A stretch of DNA of 38,727 nucleotides, from NCBI GenBank assembly GCA_016194465.1, contig JACQBO010000006.1, forward strand, positions 1 through 38,727, read 5' to 3'. The position numbers were made by a program, and so were the translations under genes. Source of the DNA: Candidatus Kerfeldbacteria bacterium. Lineage in GTDB: Bacteria; Patescibacteriota; Patescibacteriia; SBBC01; CAIJZX01. Positions 18,944 to 27,750 of the stretch are shown here, piece by piece (within the stretch, counting starts at the first letter, position 1; each line of letters starts with the position of its first letter). The notes under the pieces are model-generated. The model searched no databases and was not told where the DNA came from. It saw only the letters and a program-made list of their open reading frames with translations.

Positions 18944-19945
18944 ATGAACATGCTCCGATCACACCGGCAGGTCCCAAAGCCGCAGATGCTTCCACCACGG
19001 CAGTCATCAAACCCTTTATTTCCGGCGCCAAACGAAGACCCCTGGATTCGGTACCGCTGGCAAGTCTTAGGGAGCACGCTGGGTATGTTGGCTATCTTGG
19101 GGGTGGTCTGGGCCGTCTATGGGCCGGGCTGGCGGATTGATCAGGTCGAGGTTCAAGGAACGAGGATCGTCGAACCCAGCAGCGTCCGACGGGCCGCCGA
19201 AATGTATTTACAGGCCCGGACATGGCTGATCATACCGCATCGCACTTCATGGTTACTCTCGTCCCATGATCTTGGTCAATGGCTGAAGAAGCAAATTTCC
19301 CATCGTCTTTCCATCGAAGGAGTCCAGATCAGAAAACTCGGTCGACACCGCATTCGAGCCACCGTGATTGAACGAGTCCCCCTGTTTGTCTGGACGAATG
19401 GAATCGAGTATGGCACGCTTGATCATCAGGGAGTGATTATCGAGGTGGTGGACCCGCAGAGGAACAATGGACTCTACCAAATTATCGATAGCTCACACGC
19501 TACTTTTCAGGTTGATGGCCAAGTGCTCACGTCTGACGTCGTCGACCGTCTGGTCGAGCTGCAAGCCCTTCTCCGTACCGCCCAGGTATCCGTCGATCAT
19601 TTTATTATTCCGCTGCCATCCTGTCCGGTCTCGCCGGTGATCAATGCCAATGAAAATGCCGCGACCACGAACACCAATACAAGCTTGATAGTACACCAAC
19701 CGATGAATGTTAATAATTCCACTAATAGGAATATAGTCCAGACCACGTGTGACGTGGCTGAGGCCCGGCAGGCAAGCCAAGAACTTCATGTGCAGATCCA
19801 CCAGGGACCACTCGTTATGTTCGACCGGCACGAAGATCTAGCCGAGGCCGTCAGGACACTGAAAACCCTGCTCGGGCAATCAGAAAACCAACATGCCCAG
19901 TATGTTGACTTGCGGTTTGAACAAAGGGTCTATATTTACCCATAG
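18944..19945 (+). CDS. FtsQ/DivIB-like protein
   Basis: Cytoplasmic N-terminus, one TM helix, POTRA-like WRIDQVEVQGT...VIERVP, C-terminal YVDLRF. Confidence 0.7.
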   Translation: MNMLRSHRQVPKPQMLPPRQSSNPLFPAPNEDPWIRYRWQVLGSTLGMLAILGVVWAVYGPGWRIDQVEVQGTRIVEPSSVRRAAEMYLQARTWLIIPHRTSWLLSSHDLGQWLKKQISHRLSIEGVQIRKLGRHRIRATVIERVPLFVWTNGIEYGTLDHQGVIIEVVDPQRNNGLYQIIDSSHATFQVDGQVLTSDVVDRLVELQALLRTAQVSVDHFIIPLPSCPVSPVINANENAATTNTNTSLIVHQPMNVNNSTNRNIVQTTCDVAEARQASQELHVQIHQGPLVMFDRHEDLAEAVRTLKTLLGQSENQHAQYVDLRFEQRVYIYP

Positions 19946-19973
19946 TGCTAGCGCAACTGAGGGTCCTTATTTA

Positions 19974-20003
19974 AGTGTCATAAAAGGTATATTCTACGAC
20001 ACT
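19974..20003. other. 12-6-12 inverted repeat, candidate dif (Xer recombination) site
   Basis: AGTGTCATAAAA-GGTATA-TTCTACGACACT; arms match at 10/12 positions. Lies in the convergent gap at the strand switch. Confidence 0.55.
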
Positions 20004-20024
20004 AGGAATACGATCAATATTCCT
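20004..20024. terminator. Small hairpin in convergent gap, possible terminator
   Basis: AGGAATA-CGATCAA-TATTCCT, a perfect 7 bp stem; weak U tract. Confidence 0.3.
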
Positions 20025-20045
20025 TTCACGAAGCCTCCCCTGGCC

Positions 20046-21395
20046 TCAAGGTAGGTATTGAAGTGGATCGACGGGCAGCCCGTTGACCCGAACTTCGAAA
20101 TGGACGTGGGCGCCCGTGGTAATGCCCCCGGCGCCGGCCGTCCCTGGTAGACCACCAGATAAGCCGATCACTTCCCCTTGCTTGACGAATTGATCAGCTT
20201 TGACGTAGATCACGCTGAGATGCAGATAGCGCGTCGCTAAGCCACTCTGATGGACCAGACCGACGTAATTCAAGGCGCTGCGGGTTTTTTGGCCATCCGC
20301 ATTGTAATAGAACCCTTGGTTCGCGACCACGGACACAACGCCATCCGCCGAGGCCCGGACCGGAGTGCCTTGTGGCGTGCTGATGTCTAAGCCCGAGTGT
20401 TCTAGGCAGGAAGGATTATGCCAAAACGCGCAGCGGAATGGATAGGTGGGATCGTGGAAGTAGGTGGTAATTTTGCCTTCGGCTGGCCACAAAAAACCAG
20501 TCGAGCTAAAAATTGGCGGGTTCGATTCGGTAGCTAACTGTTGCTGGAGTTGTTGCTCGAGGGCCGTGATGGTTGCATCCGCTTGCTGCTCGGCCTGAGC
20601 TGACTCTTCCAGGAGGCTACCATATTGCTTGGCGGTTTGTTGCGCCGAGCCTAACAGCTGAGTTTTCAAATCTCGTTGGTCGACGACCGCTTGCTTTTGG
20701 ACTTCCAATTGCACCTTCCCCTGCTGTAAGTCGTCGCGTGTTTGCGATAGGTCATTTTGTTTTGTTTGCAGATCTTCTTTGAGTTGACTCAAGGTGCCAA
20801 TCGCTTGTTGCAGCGAGTCGCTAATGGTAGCGACCGCCTGAGCCTGACGATAAAAATCCGCCAGACTATTGCGGGTCAGTACCAGCGCCAAGGTCGTCGT
20901 TCGGCTGTTGGCGTCCAGCTGTTTGACGGCATCTGTGAGTTGAGTTTTCTGCTGAGCGATTTGCGCATTCTTGACATCAATCGAACGCTGCAGCGCATCC
21001 ATTTGGAGCGCTAAGGTATCGATCTCTTCCTGCTTGGTCTGAATGGCAAAATTTGTTTGAGCGATCTGGTTGTCGATCACGGTCACTTGCGATTGGATAT
21101 CGCGCACATTTGCCGTGGCAGTATCGACCGCTTGCTGATACGTGGCCGCCTGTTGTTTCAGTTCTTCGATATGCTTTTTTTTGTCGGCAATTTGTTGGTT
21201 GAGGGCGGCGATGGTATCGACGTTGCTCCCCGGATCGGATGACAACGCCGCCGGATCACTATTAGTATTGGTCGCGGTCGGGTCCAGGCTTTGCGCCTGG
21301 GCCAGGGCCAGCGGCAGCCACACTAAAATCGCCACATTGAGTGTGGCAAACGTGGACAAGAGCCATCGGTTTTTATTTTGTTTCAATCGATCCAT
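20046..21395 (-). CDS. Coiled-coil + M23 metallopeptidase (murein endopeptidase, EnvC/CwlO-like architecture)
   Basis: Signal peptide, long coiled coil, FLWPAEG, HSGLD, YLHLS, HVHFEVR, VDPLQYL. Start chosen from promoter spacing. Confidence 0.88.
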   Translation of the reverse strand: MDRLKQNKNRWLLSTFATLNVAILVWLPLALAQAQSLDPTATNTNSDPAALSSDPGSNVDTIAALNQQIADKKKHIEELKQQAATYQQAVDTATANVRDIQSQVTVIDNQIAQTNFAIQTKQEEIDTLALQMDALQRSIDVKNAQIAQQKTQLTDAVKQLDANSRTTTLALVLTRNSLADFYRQAQAVATISDSLQQAIGTLSQLKEDLQTKQNDLSQTRDDLQQGKVQLEVQKQAVVDQRDLKTQLLGSAQQTAKQYGSLLEESAQAEQQADATITALEQQLQQQLATESNPPIFSSTGFLWPAEGKITTYFHDPTYPFRCAFWHNPSCLEHSGLDISTPQGTPVRASADGVVSVVANQGFYYNADGQKTRSALNYVGLVHQSGLATRYLHLSVIYVKADQFVKQGEVIGLSGGLPGTAGAGGITTGAHVHFEVRVNGLPVDPLQYLP

Positions 21396-21402
21396 CGACA
21401 TC

Positions 21403-21431
21403 ATGCTAGCATAAATCGTGGTCGACGTCAA
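21403..21431 (-). promoter_or_regulatory. sigma70 promoter of the M23 gene (leaderless)
   Basis: Minus strand: TTGACG-17 bp-(TGc)TAGCAT-7 nt-ATG(21395). Confidence 0.6.
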
Positions 21432-21448
21432 GAGAGCCGTCGGCGCCG

Positions 21449-22915
21449 TCAGACCGCGTTGACCAGGCGCAATCGACGCATACTTTCCGGTTTGCCGAGG
21501 CAGTCCAGAACATCAAATACATCCGGACTGTTTGGTCGGAGGGTCAACGCGACGCGGAGCGGCCATAAAACTTCAGTGTTTGTCCGCGCCTTTGCTTGAA
21601 TCTCCGCCAGCACGTGTGCCTTGATATCGCGGCTTGTCCACGGCCCAGCATATCTGTCGAGCACGCCTGTCACCCAATCGATAGCCGCGGTGGTCAAATG
21701 TCCAGTCCCCTTCTTGGGAACGAGCGCCACGCGATCAAAATGAGTACGCTCCTGATCCCAGACCGATGGGAATAAAAAGTTCGCAACTTCGTCGATGTCG
21801 GAGAGTTTTTTAAGTCGGTCCCGGACGAGGTCGATAATGGCCAAAACGTGTTGATCATCACTCCCCTCTTCCGTGGGCAGATGCCAAAACGGTTGCAAGT
21901 GCTGGCGTAGTTCTTCGCGCGACAAGCGGCGGAGGTATTGTCCATTCATCCAGTCGAGCTTCGTCCGGTCGAAGACTGCCCCCGAAGGATTCATGTCTTC
22001 TAAACGAAAATCGCGTTGGAGGTCGGACGAAGAAAGTATTTCCAACTCACCTTTGGGGTGCCAACCCATCAGCGCCAAAAAATTTCGCATGGCGGCAGCC
22101 AGATACCCCTGATCGCGGAACGACAGGGCCGACGACGCGCCTTCACGCTTGGAGAGCTTGCGATGATCGGGTCCGAGAATCAACGGTACATGGGCGAACA
22201 GTGGTGGCACCCATTCCAAGGCTTGGTAGATTAAGAGATGCTTCGGAGTTGAGGGCAACCACTCCTCACCGCGAATAACATGAGAAATTGCCATCAAATG
22301 ATCATCAACCACCACCGCCAGATGGTACGTAGGAAAACCATCACTCTTAAGCAGGACGCTATCGTCGACGGTGGCGAAGGAAAAAGTGACTGGCCCACGA
22401 ATCAGGTCACGGTGCGTGATGGTACCGGTCATTGGTACGTTCAGGCGGATGACGTTCGGCTCTTCCGCCGCCAGACGTTTGGCGCGCTCCTCGGGCGGCA
22501 GACCGAGACAGAGCTTGTCGTAACGAGGCGGAAGTTTTCTTTCTTCCTGGCTGGTGCGCAGTTTTTGGAGACGCTCGATCGTGCAGAAACAAGGATAGGC
22601 GGCCCCTCGCTGCACGAGTTCGTCCGCGTGGTGACGGTACAATTTCAGGCGTTGGCTCTGCACGTACGGGCCATAGCCCCCGCCTTGCTGAGGCCCTTCA
22701 TCTGGATCAAGCCCAAACCAGTGGAGCGCTTCATAAATTCGGTCCATACTACCCGGCACAAATCGCTTTTGGTCGGTATCCTCTACCCGCAGGATAAAGG
22801 CGCCATGGTTTTGCTGAGCGAAAAGCCAGTTGAATTGGGCCAGCCAGATGGTTCCAATATGCACCTCGCCAGTCGGTGATGGGGCCAGTCGCACCCGCAC
22901 GGCGGATTTAGTCAT
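21449..22915 (-). CDS. gltX: Glutamate--tRNA ligase
   Basis: RVRLAPSPTG, HIGT (HIGH variant), LRVEDTD, SHVIRGEEW, KLSKR. Confidence 0.96.
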   Translation of the reverse strand: MTKSAVRVRLAPSPTGEVHIGTIWLAQFNWLFAQQNHGAFILRVEDTDQKRFVPGSMDRIYEALHWFGLDPDEGPQQGGGYGPYVQSQRLKLYRHHADELVQRGAAYPCFCTIERLQKLRTSQEERKLPPRYDKLCLGLPPEERAKRLAAEEPNVIRLNVPMTGTITHRDLIRGPVTFSFATVDDSVLLKSDGFPTYHLAVVVDDHLMAISHVIRGEEWLPSTPKHLLIYQALEWVPPLFAHVPLILGPDHRKLSKREGASSALSFRDQGYLAAAMRNFLALMGWHPKGELEILSSSDLQRDFRLEDMNPSGAVFDRTKLDWMNGQYLRRLSREELRQHLQPFWHLPTEEGSDDQHVLAIIDLVRDRLKKLSDIDEVANFLFPSVWDQERTHFDRVALVPKKGTGHLTTAAIDWVTGVLDRYAGPWTSRDIKAHVLAEIQAKARTNTEVLWPLRVALTLRPNSPDVFDVLDCLGKPESMRRLRLVNAV

Positions 22916-23672
22916 GAGGCTTCCGAAGAATAGCCCACATAAAACGCCAGGTGGCATTGACGACGCGCTGTCGGCGGCGGTCAGGTTGATGGTATGCGTG
23001 CGGTCGCCAGAAGGTGTGCAGCCATTCCAAACCTAGGACACGAAATACTTTTGGCGGCCGAGTCACAACGCCGGAAATATAATCGAGGGAGCGACCCACT
23101 CCGATCGCTACCTTGACATCATGAAGCGCTGGTCGGTGCTTGGCGATCCATAATTCCTGCTTCGGCGCTCCGAGGGCGACCAAAAGAATATCTGGCTTGG
23201 CCAAATGAATTTTTTCGATCATCCGTTGGTCACGAATCTTAAACCATGAACCGCGGGTGTCGGTGTCAAATCCGACAATACGCAACCGTGGGTGTTGTTG
23301 TATCAGCCGCTCCGCAGCTCGCTCCGCGACACCATGCTTGGCGCCAAATAAAAAGACTGAGTAATTCTCTGCCTCTGCCAAATCCATTAAGCCGGCTACA
23401 AAATCCGCGCCGGGGATTCTTGACTTGAGTTTTTCCCCATTCAGCAAGGAGGCGAGGTGAACGCTCATGCCGTCAGCCAGTGATAAATCGGCCTGCTGTA
23501 ATATTTTCCGGAACTGCGGATTGGCCGTGGCCTCGAGCAAGAACTCGGCCCCGGGAGTAACCACGTGGTGAAAACCACCTTGGCGTAAAAATCCGTGCAC
23601 CGTTTCCTGGGCTTCGGTCGGCGTCAGATTATCAATGGGAATATCCAGGAGCTTCAATCGCGTTCTCGACAT
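22908..23672 (-). CDS. WecB/TagA/CpsF family glycosyltransferase (GT26)
   Basis: ADLSLADG, RIPGADF, VALGAPKQELWI, GLEW. Start at MSRTRL. Confidence 0.9.
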   Translation of the reverse strand: MSRTRLKLLDIPIDNLTPTEAQETVHGFLRQGGFHHVVTPGAEFLLEATANPQFRKILQQADLSLADGMSVHLASLLNGEKLKSRIPGADFVAGLMDLAEAENYSVFLFGAKHGVAERAAERLIQQHPRLRIVGFDTDTRGSWFKIRDQRMIEKIHLAKPDILLVALGAPKQELWIAKHRPALHDVKVAIGVGRSLDYISGVVTRPPKVFRVLGLEWLHTFWRPHAYHQPDRRRQRVVNATWRFMWAILRKPHD

Positions 23673-23674
23673 AC

Positions 23675-23703
23675 TTGTAGTATAACGAAAAATATGGTAT
23701 ACT
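23675..23703. promoter_or_regulatory. Overlapping divergent promoters
   Basis: Plus strand: TTGTAG-17-(TGg)TATACT(23698-23703)-9 nt-ATG(23713). Minus strand: TATACT(23684-23679)-6 nt-ATG(23672). Confidence 0.6.
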
Positions 23704-23712
23704 ACTAGTCCT

Positions 23713-25170
23713 ATGCGAAAAAGCGCCCTCATAACCGTGGCCCTCTTTTTACTGGCCGTCACCCCTCTACCGTTCGCTCAGGCGGACAGTAACTTTAACA
23801 TGAACTTTATTGTGACCGATGATGAATTTCAAGATTCATTGATCATGTCCGCCGACAAAATCCAACAGTTTTTGGGATCCCAGCCCGGTATTCTTGCCGC
23901 CTACATCGACCCGGCAACGGGTAAGTCAGCGGCGCAAATCATTTTCGAGGCCGCCCAAACAAACCACATCAGTGCCCGCGTCATCTTGACCACCATCCAA
24001 AAAGAGTCGAGTATGATCACGCGCACCGACTTTGGTGCAAAGGGACAGCAATATTACCTCGATTGGGTCGCCTTTTATGGGTGGTGTGACTCTTGCTCTA
24101 CGGGCTCCAATCAAGGCTTCGCCAACCAGGTGAGTGCCATGAGCTCGGCCTTTCGACGTTATGTTGACTCCATCCACCTTGTCCCGTCTGGTCAAACGAT
24201 CCCCCGGGGTTACACCATCTCCGGTTTTGGACCCAACATCGCTAAACAAGTGGTCGACTGTCAATCGTACAACCCGTGTGTCAATCCAGTGACCTACACT
24301 GTCACGCCGGCCAATGATGCCACCTCGGCCTTGTTTACGTATACGCCCCATGTCTCAGGTAATAACAGTTTCTGGAACATATGGAACGAGTTTAGTTTTA
24401 ATTTTTCCCGCCTCTACCCCGATGGTTCGTTGCTGCGCGCCCAAAATGGTCAGAATATTTACCTGGTCCAGAACGGACTACTCCGCCGCTTCGCGAGTAT
24501 GTCTGCTTTTCTTTCACGCTATAACCTGAACACTGTGGTCACGGTCCCCGCCGACCACCTGACATTATACAACCGCGGCCGCGATATTAATTTTGCTAAT
24601 TATTCCCTGCTTGCTTCGCCTCGGGGCGGAGTCTATCTGCTCGTCGATGACGTGAAGCGACCGATTAAAAATCGCGCCGCGTTTCAGCAAGCGGGATTCC
24701 GCAAAGAAGAAGTGCTCAAGGTCACCTGGGATGATTTAAACCAATATCCTGACGGCGACACCATCACCACGGATAACATATATCCGTCAGGACAATTACT
24801 GCAAAATCGAAAAACAGGAGGAGTGTATTTCGTTAAAGATGGATTGCGCCACGCGATCTTCAGTAAAGAAATTTTCCGATCGCAATTTGGCCTCCGGAAG
24901 GCAATTCCGACCCTCGCCACCCTGATCACTAAGTATCCCGATGGCGGACCCGTCGGTTTTAAGGATGGTGAACTGGTGGTCAGCAAAAAGGGGGGGCCGG
25001 TCTATGTCATTTCTGATGGCTATCGTTTACCCATTGCCGGCCCGACCGCATTCTCGGCCTATCATTTTAGTTACGCCAATGTCATCAAGACAAGTGACGA
25101 CGCGCTGTCGATCCACCCGATTGGCCCGACCTTATCCGTCGATTCGAATATTCAATCGGCCAGTCAATAG
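23713..25170 (+). CDS. Secreted protein: putative lysozyme-like N-domain plus four ~60 aa repeats
   Basis: Signal peptide (..PFAQA), KSAAQIIFEAA..ISARVILTTIQKESS, ALFTYTPH; C-terminal repeats of the type PDG.LL....G.VY.V.DG..R.I. Confidence 0.6.
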   Translation: MRKSALITVALFLLAVTPLPFAQADSNFNMNFIVTDDEFQDSLIMSADKIQQFLGSQPGILAAYIDPATGKSAAQIIFEAAQTNHISARVILTTIQKESSMITRTDFGAKGQQYYLDWVAFYGWCDSCSTGSNQGFANQVSAMSSAFRRYVDSIHLVPSGQTIPRGYTISGFGPNIAKQVVDCQSYNPCVNPVTYTVTPANDATSALFTYTPHVSGNNSFWNIWNEFSFNFSRLYPDGSLLRAQNGQNIYLVQNGLLRRFASMSAFLSRYNLNTVVTVPADHLTLYNRGRDINFANYSLLASPRGGVYLLVDDVKRPIKNRAAFQQAGFRKEEVLKVTWDDLNQYPDGDTITTDNIYPSGQLLQNRKTGGVYFVKDGLRHAIFSKEIFRSQFGLRKAIPTLATLITKYPDGGPVGFKDGELVVSKKGGPVYVISDGYRLPIAGPTAFSAYHFSYANVIKTSDDALSIHPIGPTLSVDSNIQSASQ

Positions 25171-25179
25171 CGTCGGCAC

Positions 25180-25956
25180 ATGCCCCTCGTTTTCGCGGGA
25201 ATTGTTCCCCATTCCCCGCTCTTAGTACCAGGTGTCGCCAAGGAACACTATCCTTTGTTTTCTCAGACCATCAAGTCGGTGGCAGTCATGTCGGCCGAAC
25301 TCTATGCCACTCAGCCTGACGCCGTGGTAATTCTGAGTCCGCATATGACCAGTGTCCCCGATCACGTCACCGTTCAGGTCGGCGACCGGTTAGAGGGAAA
25401 CCTAACGGAATTTGGCGATCCATCTACGACCGTCAGTCTGTGGGGAGCAACCGGCCTCGCCCATCTACTGAAAGCCATGGCTGAGCAGCAAAAACTGATG
25501 CTCGAGGTGCAGACGCCAACAGCAATCGATTACAGCGTCACCATCTCGGCCATGCTCTTAGGCCTGAGCACTCATTCGGTACAGTGTTTGCCCATTGGTG
25601 TGGCCCATGTGGGCGCGGCCGCCCTCTTGAGGGTCGGGCTGCTTTTGAACGAATGGTGTCACCAACGACCAGAGCGCATGGCCATCATCGCTACCGCTGA
25701 CCTCACGCGTCGTCATGACTCGAATACGGCCGAGCGCCGGCCAACCAAAGAGGAACGTGAAATCAGTCTGGCCGTGACCGCGGTTGACCCCGCCCCGCTT
25801 GGTGCTTATGTGGGGAAAAGCAAAACGTGCGGCATCCAGCCGATCACCACCCTTCTCGCCTGCCTGCAGCCACATCGCTCCAAAGGAACTATTCGCTCTT
25901 TTGAGGCCCCGCTCGGGGTTGGCCAAATGGTCGCAGATGTTTCATTGGGTGCATGA
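25180..25956 (+). CDS. LigB/Memo (AmmeMemoRadiSam protein B-like) fold protein, degenerate
   Basis: FAGIVPHSPLLVP, PDAVVILSPH, EFGD, IDY, IIATADL, CG, SFEAPLGVG. Confidence 0.7.
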   Translation: MPLVFAGIVPHSPLLVPGVAKEHYPLFSQTIKSVAVMSAELYATQPDAVVILSPHMTSVPDHVTVQVGDRLEGNLTEFGDPSTTVSLWGATGLAHLLKAMAEQQKLMLEVQTPTAIDYSVTISAMLLGLSTHSVQCLPIGVAHVGAAALLRVGLLLNEWCHQRPERMAIIATADLTRRHDSNTAERRPTKEEREISLAVTAVDPAPLGAYVGKSKTCGIQPITTLLACLQPHRSKGTIRSFEAPLGVGQMVADVSLGA

Positions 25957-27713
25957 CCATCGTCCAGATTGTCCCCCTCCGCCGGCTGCCAGCCCATCAT
26001 CGGTGGTTCGATTATGTCTGGAACCTGACTCAAGAACCGCGCATCGGTCAGCTGGTGACGGTACCTTTTGGTTCGACCGAAGTACGCGGCATCATCTGGG
26101 GAATCGTTAAGCATACGCCCAACCAAAAACTCAAATCCGTTCAGGCATTACTTGTGGCCGACCCCATCCTGACGCTTTGGCAGCAGCGTGTTTTGGCCCA
26201 CGTGGCTAAAGTCGGATATGTATCCTTGAGTACCGCGCTGTTGCCAGTCCTTCCCAAAAGCCTGAAAATGGGGATCGCCACCGAAGCGGGATCCTCCGAG
26301 GCAATGCGGGAAATACCATCGAGCCGGCCCCGCACGTGGTGGTACCAGAGTCGGATGGAAGCGCTCTATCAGCTTCGCGATTGGATGGTCCCGACGGCCG
26401 GGGAATGGAAACTTCTCATTGTCCCCACCATCGAGGACGGACAAGATCTCATGCGTCTGGGGGCAGAAAAGGGCACGTCCTTGCCTTTTGTCCATGGCCA
26501 AATGACCGGGCCCGCATTTCGTGAGATCTACCGGCAGGTGCTGCACGGCCAGGTACGGAATATCATCGGTACAGTCAGAGCGTTGTCGCTGCCTTTCCCC
26601 CACCAGCCCCAGATCATCATTGACCAAGAAGAACACCCGGCGCACCGCCAACTCCAGCGGCAACCGCGGATCGATGCTAAAACACTCTTGCAGTCGATGC
26701 ACGTTCCATTCGACGTCACCACGCCGGCCCCTTCCCTCTGGTGGTGGGATGAGCATCATCCGTCAGCACCGACCCATGAAAAGACTCGAGAAATTGGAAA
26801 CATGGGCGAACCAAAACTACAACCATGGATATCCTCCGGCCTTGAAGAACTGGTGGAACGGGCCCGGGTCGAAGGGAACCATGTGACGGCCATTGTCCCC
26901 CGCCAGGGATTCGCCCACGGCTTACGCTGCCAAGATTGTCACACCGCCATCAGTTGCCAATTTTGCGGAGAATTTCTTCGCCTATTTCAGCGGCCAGAAG
27001 GCCAGCTGATCTGCAGTCACTGCCGGCGACTAATGACGATACCGACCTCTTGTCCGCATTGCCATGGATCACGCCTGGCCTTCCATGGACTCGGCCCCGA
27101 GCGATTCGCGGGCATCCTTCGTGCCCGATGGCCTCAAGCCAAGGTGGTGCTGGAACCCTCAGCAGAATACGATATCCTCGTCCAAACATACAAAATCTAT
27201 CACTGGCTGCTCGGAGCTGGTCGCAGCCATCTAGCCATCGTCAGTGGAGATAGTCTTTTAAACTATCCGGATTTCGCCGCCGCCGAACGGGCCTGGCAGT
27301 TTTTATGGCGCTTATCCGCGGCGCAACCAAGCAGCACCTTGCTGGTGCAAACATTTTCGCCGGCGCACGATTTTTGGCAGCGCTGGGTTCACGGCGACGA
27401 CCGTGCTTTTTACCAACAAGAGCGGAATGCTCGCCGACGCTTTCATCTTCCGCCGATGACGCCGCAGTGGATCGCTCGCTATGCTGGGCCGGAGCGAGAA
27501 AAAAATGTGGGGGAGAAAATTGAACAGCTCCGCGCCCTCAACCTGAACGGCGAACGGGTTTCCGCGCACGTCTCTGATGGAAAAAAAGCGGCCGAGAAAA
27601 TCATCATCAGCCAGCTAGCCAATACGGCCGAGCGGGCGTCGGAATCTGATTGGCTCAAACTCTTCCCCCCGCCTTGGCAACTCGAAGGGAATGTCCAATC
27701 ATGGTCGGACTAG
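25953..27713 (+). CDS. priA: Primosomal protein N' (PriA), short form lacking helicase motifs
   Basis: 3'-DNA-binding domain (FDY, GQLVTVPFG), IIIDQEEH, RQGF, four CxxC pairs, YPDFAAAER, LVQT, R..FHLPP. Confidence 0.85.
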   Translation: MTIVQIVPLRRLPAHHRWFDYVWNLTQEPRIGQLVTVPFGSTEVRGIIWGIVKHTPNQKLKSVQALLVADPILTLWQQRVLAHVAKVGYVSLSTALLPVLPKSLKMGIATEAGSSEAMREIPSSRPRTWWYQSRMEALYQLRDWMVPTAGEWKLLIVPTIEDGQDLMRLGAEKGTSLPFVHGQMTGPAFREIYRQVLHGQVRNIIGTVRALSLPFPHQPQIIIDQEEHPAHRQLQRQPRIDAKTLLQSMHVPFDVTTPAPSLWWWDEHHPSAPTHEKTREIGNMGEPKLQPWISSGLEELVERARVEGNHVTAIVPRQGFAHGLRCQDCHTAISCQFCGEFLRLFQRPEGQLICSHCRRLMTIPTSCPHCHGSRLAFHGLGPERFAGILRARWPQAKVVLEPSAEYDILVQTYKIYHWLLGAGRSHLAIVSGDSLLNYPDFAAAERAWQFLWRLSAAQPSSTLLVQTFSPAHDFWQRWVHGDDRAFYQQERNARRRFHLPPMTPQWIARYAGPEREKNVGEKIEQLRALNLNGERVSAHVSDGKKAAEKIIISQLANTAERASESDWLKLFPPPWQLEGNVQSWSD

Positions 27714-27715
27714 TC

Positions 27716-27744
27716 TTGCCAGCCCACCACCTTTCTCGTAGACT
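27716..27744 (+). promoter_or_regulatory. sigma70 promoter of def-fmt (leaderless)
   Basis: TTGCCA-17 bp-TAGACT-6 nt-ATG(27751). Confidence 0.65.
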
Positions 27745-27750
27745 ATCCTC

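Noticed and set aside
19946..20045. tRNA, ncRNA or CRISPR remnant in the convergent gap
   Set aside because: No cloverleaf or T-loop motif and no direct repeats; only the two inverted repeats already reported.
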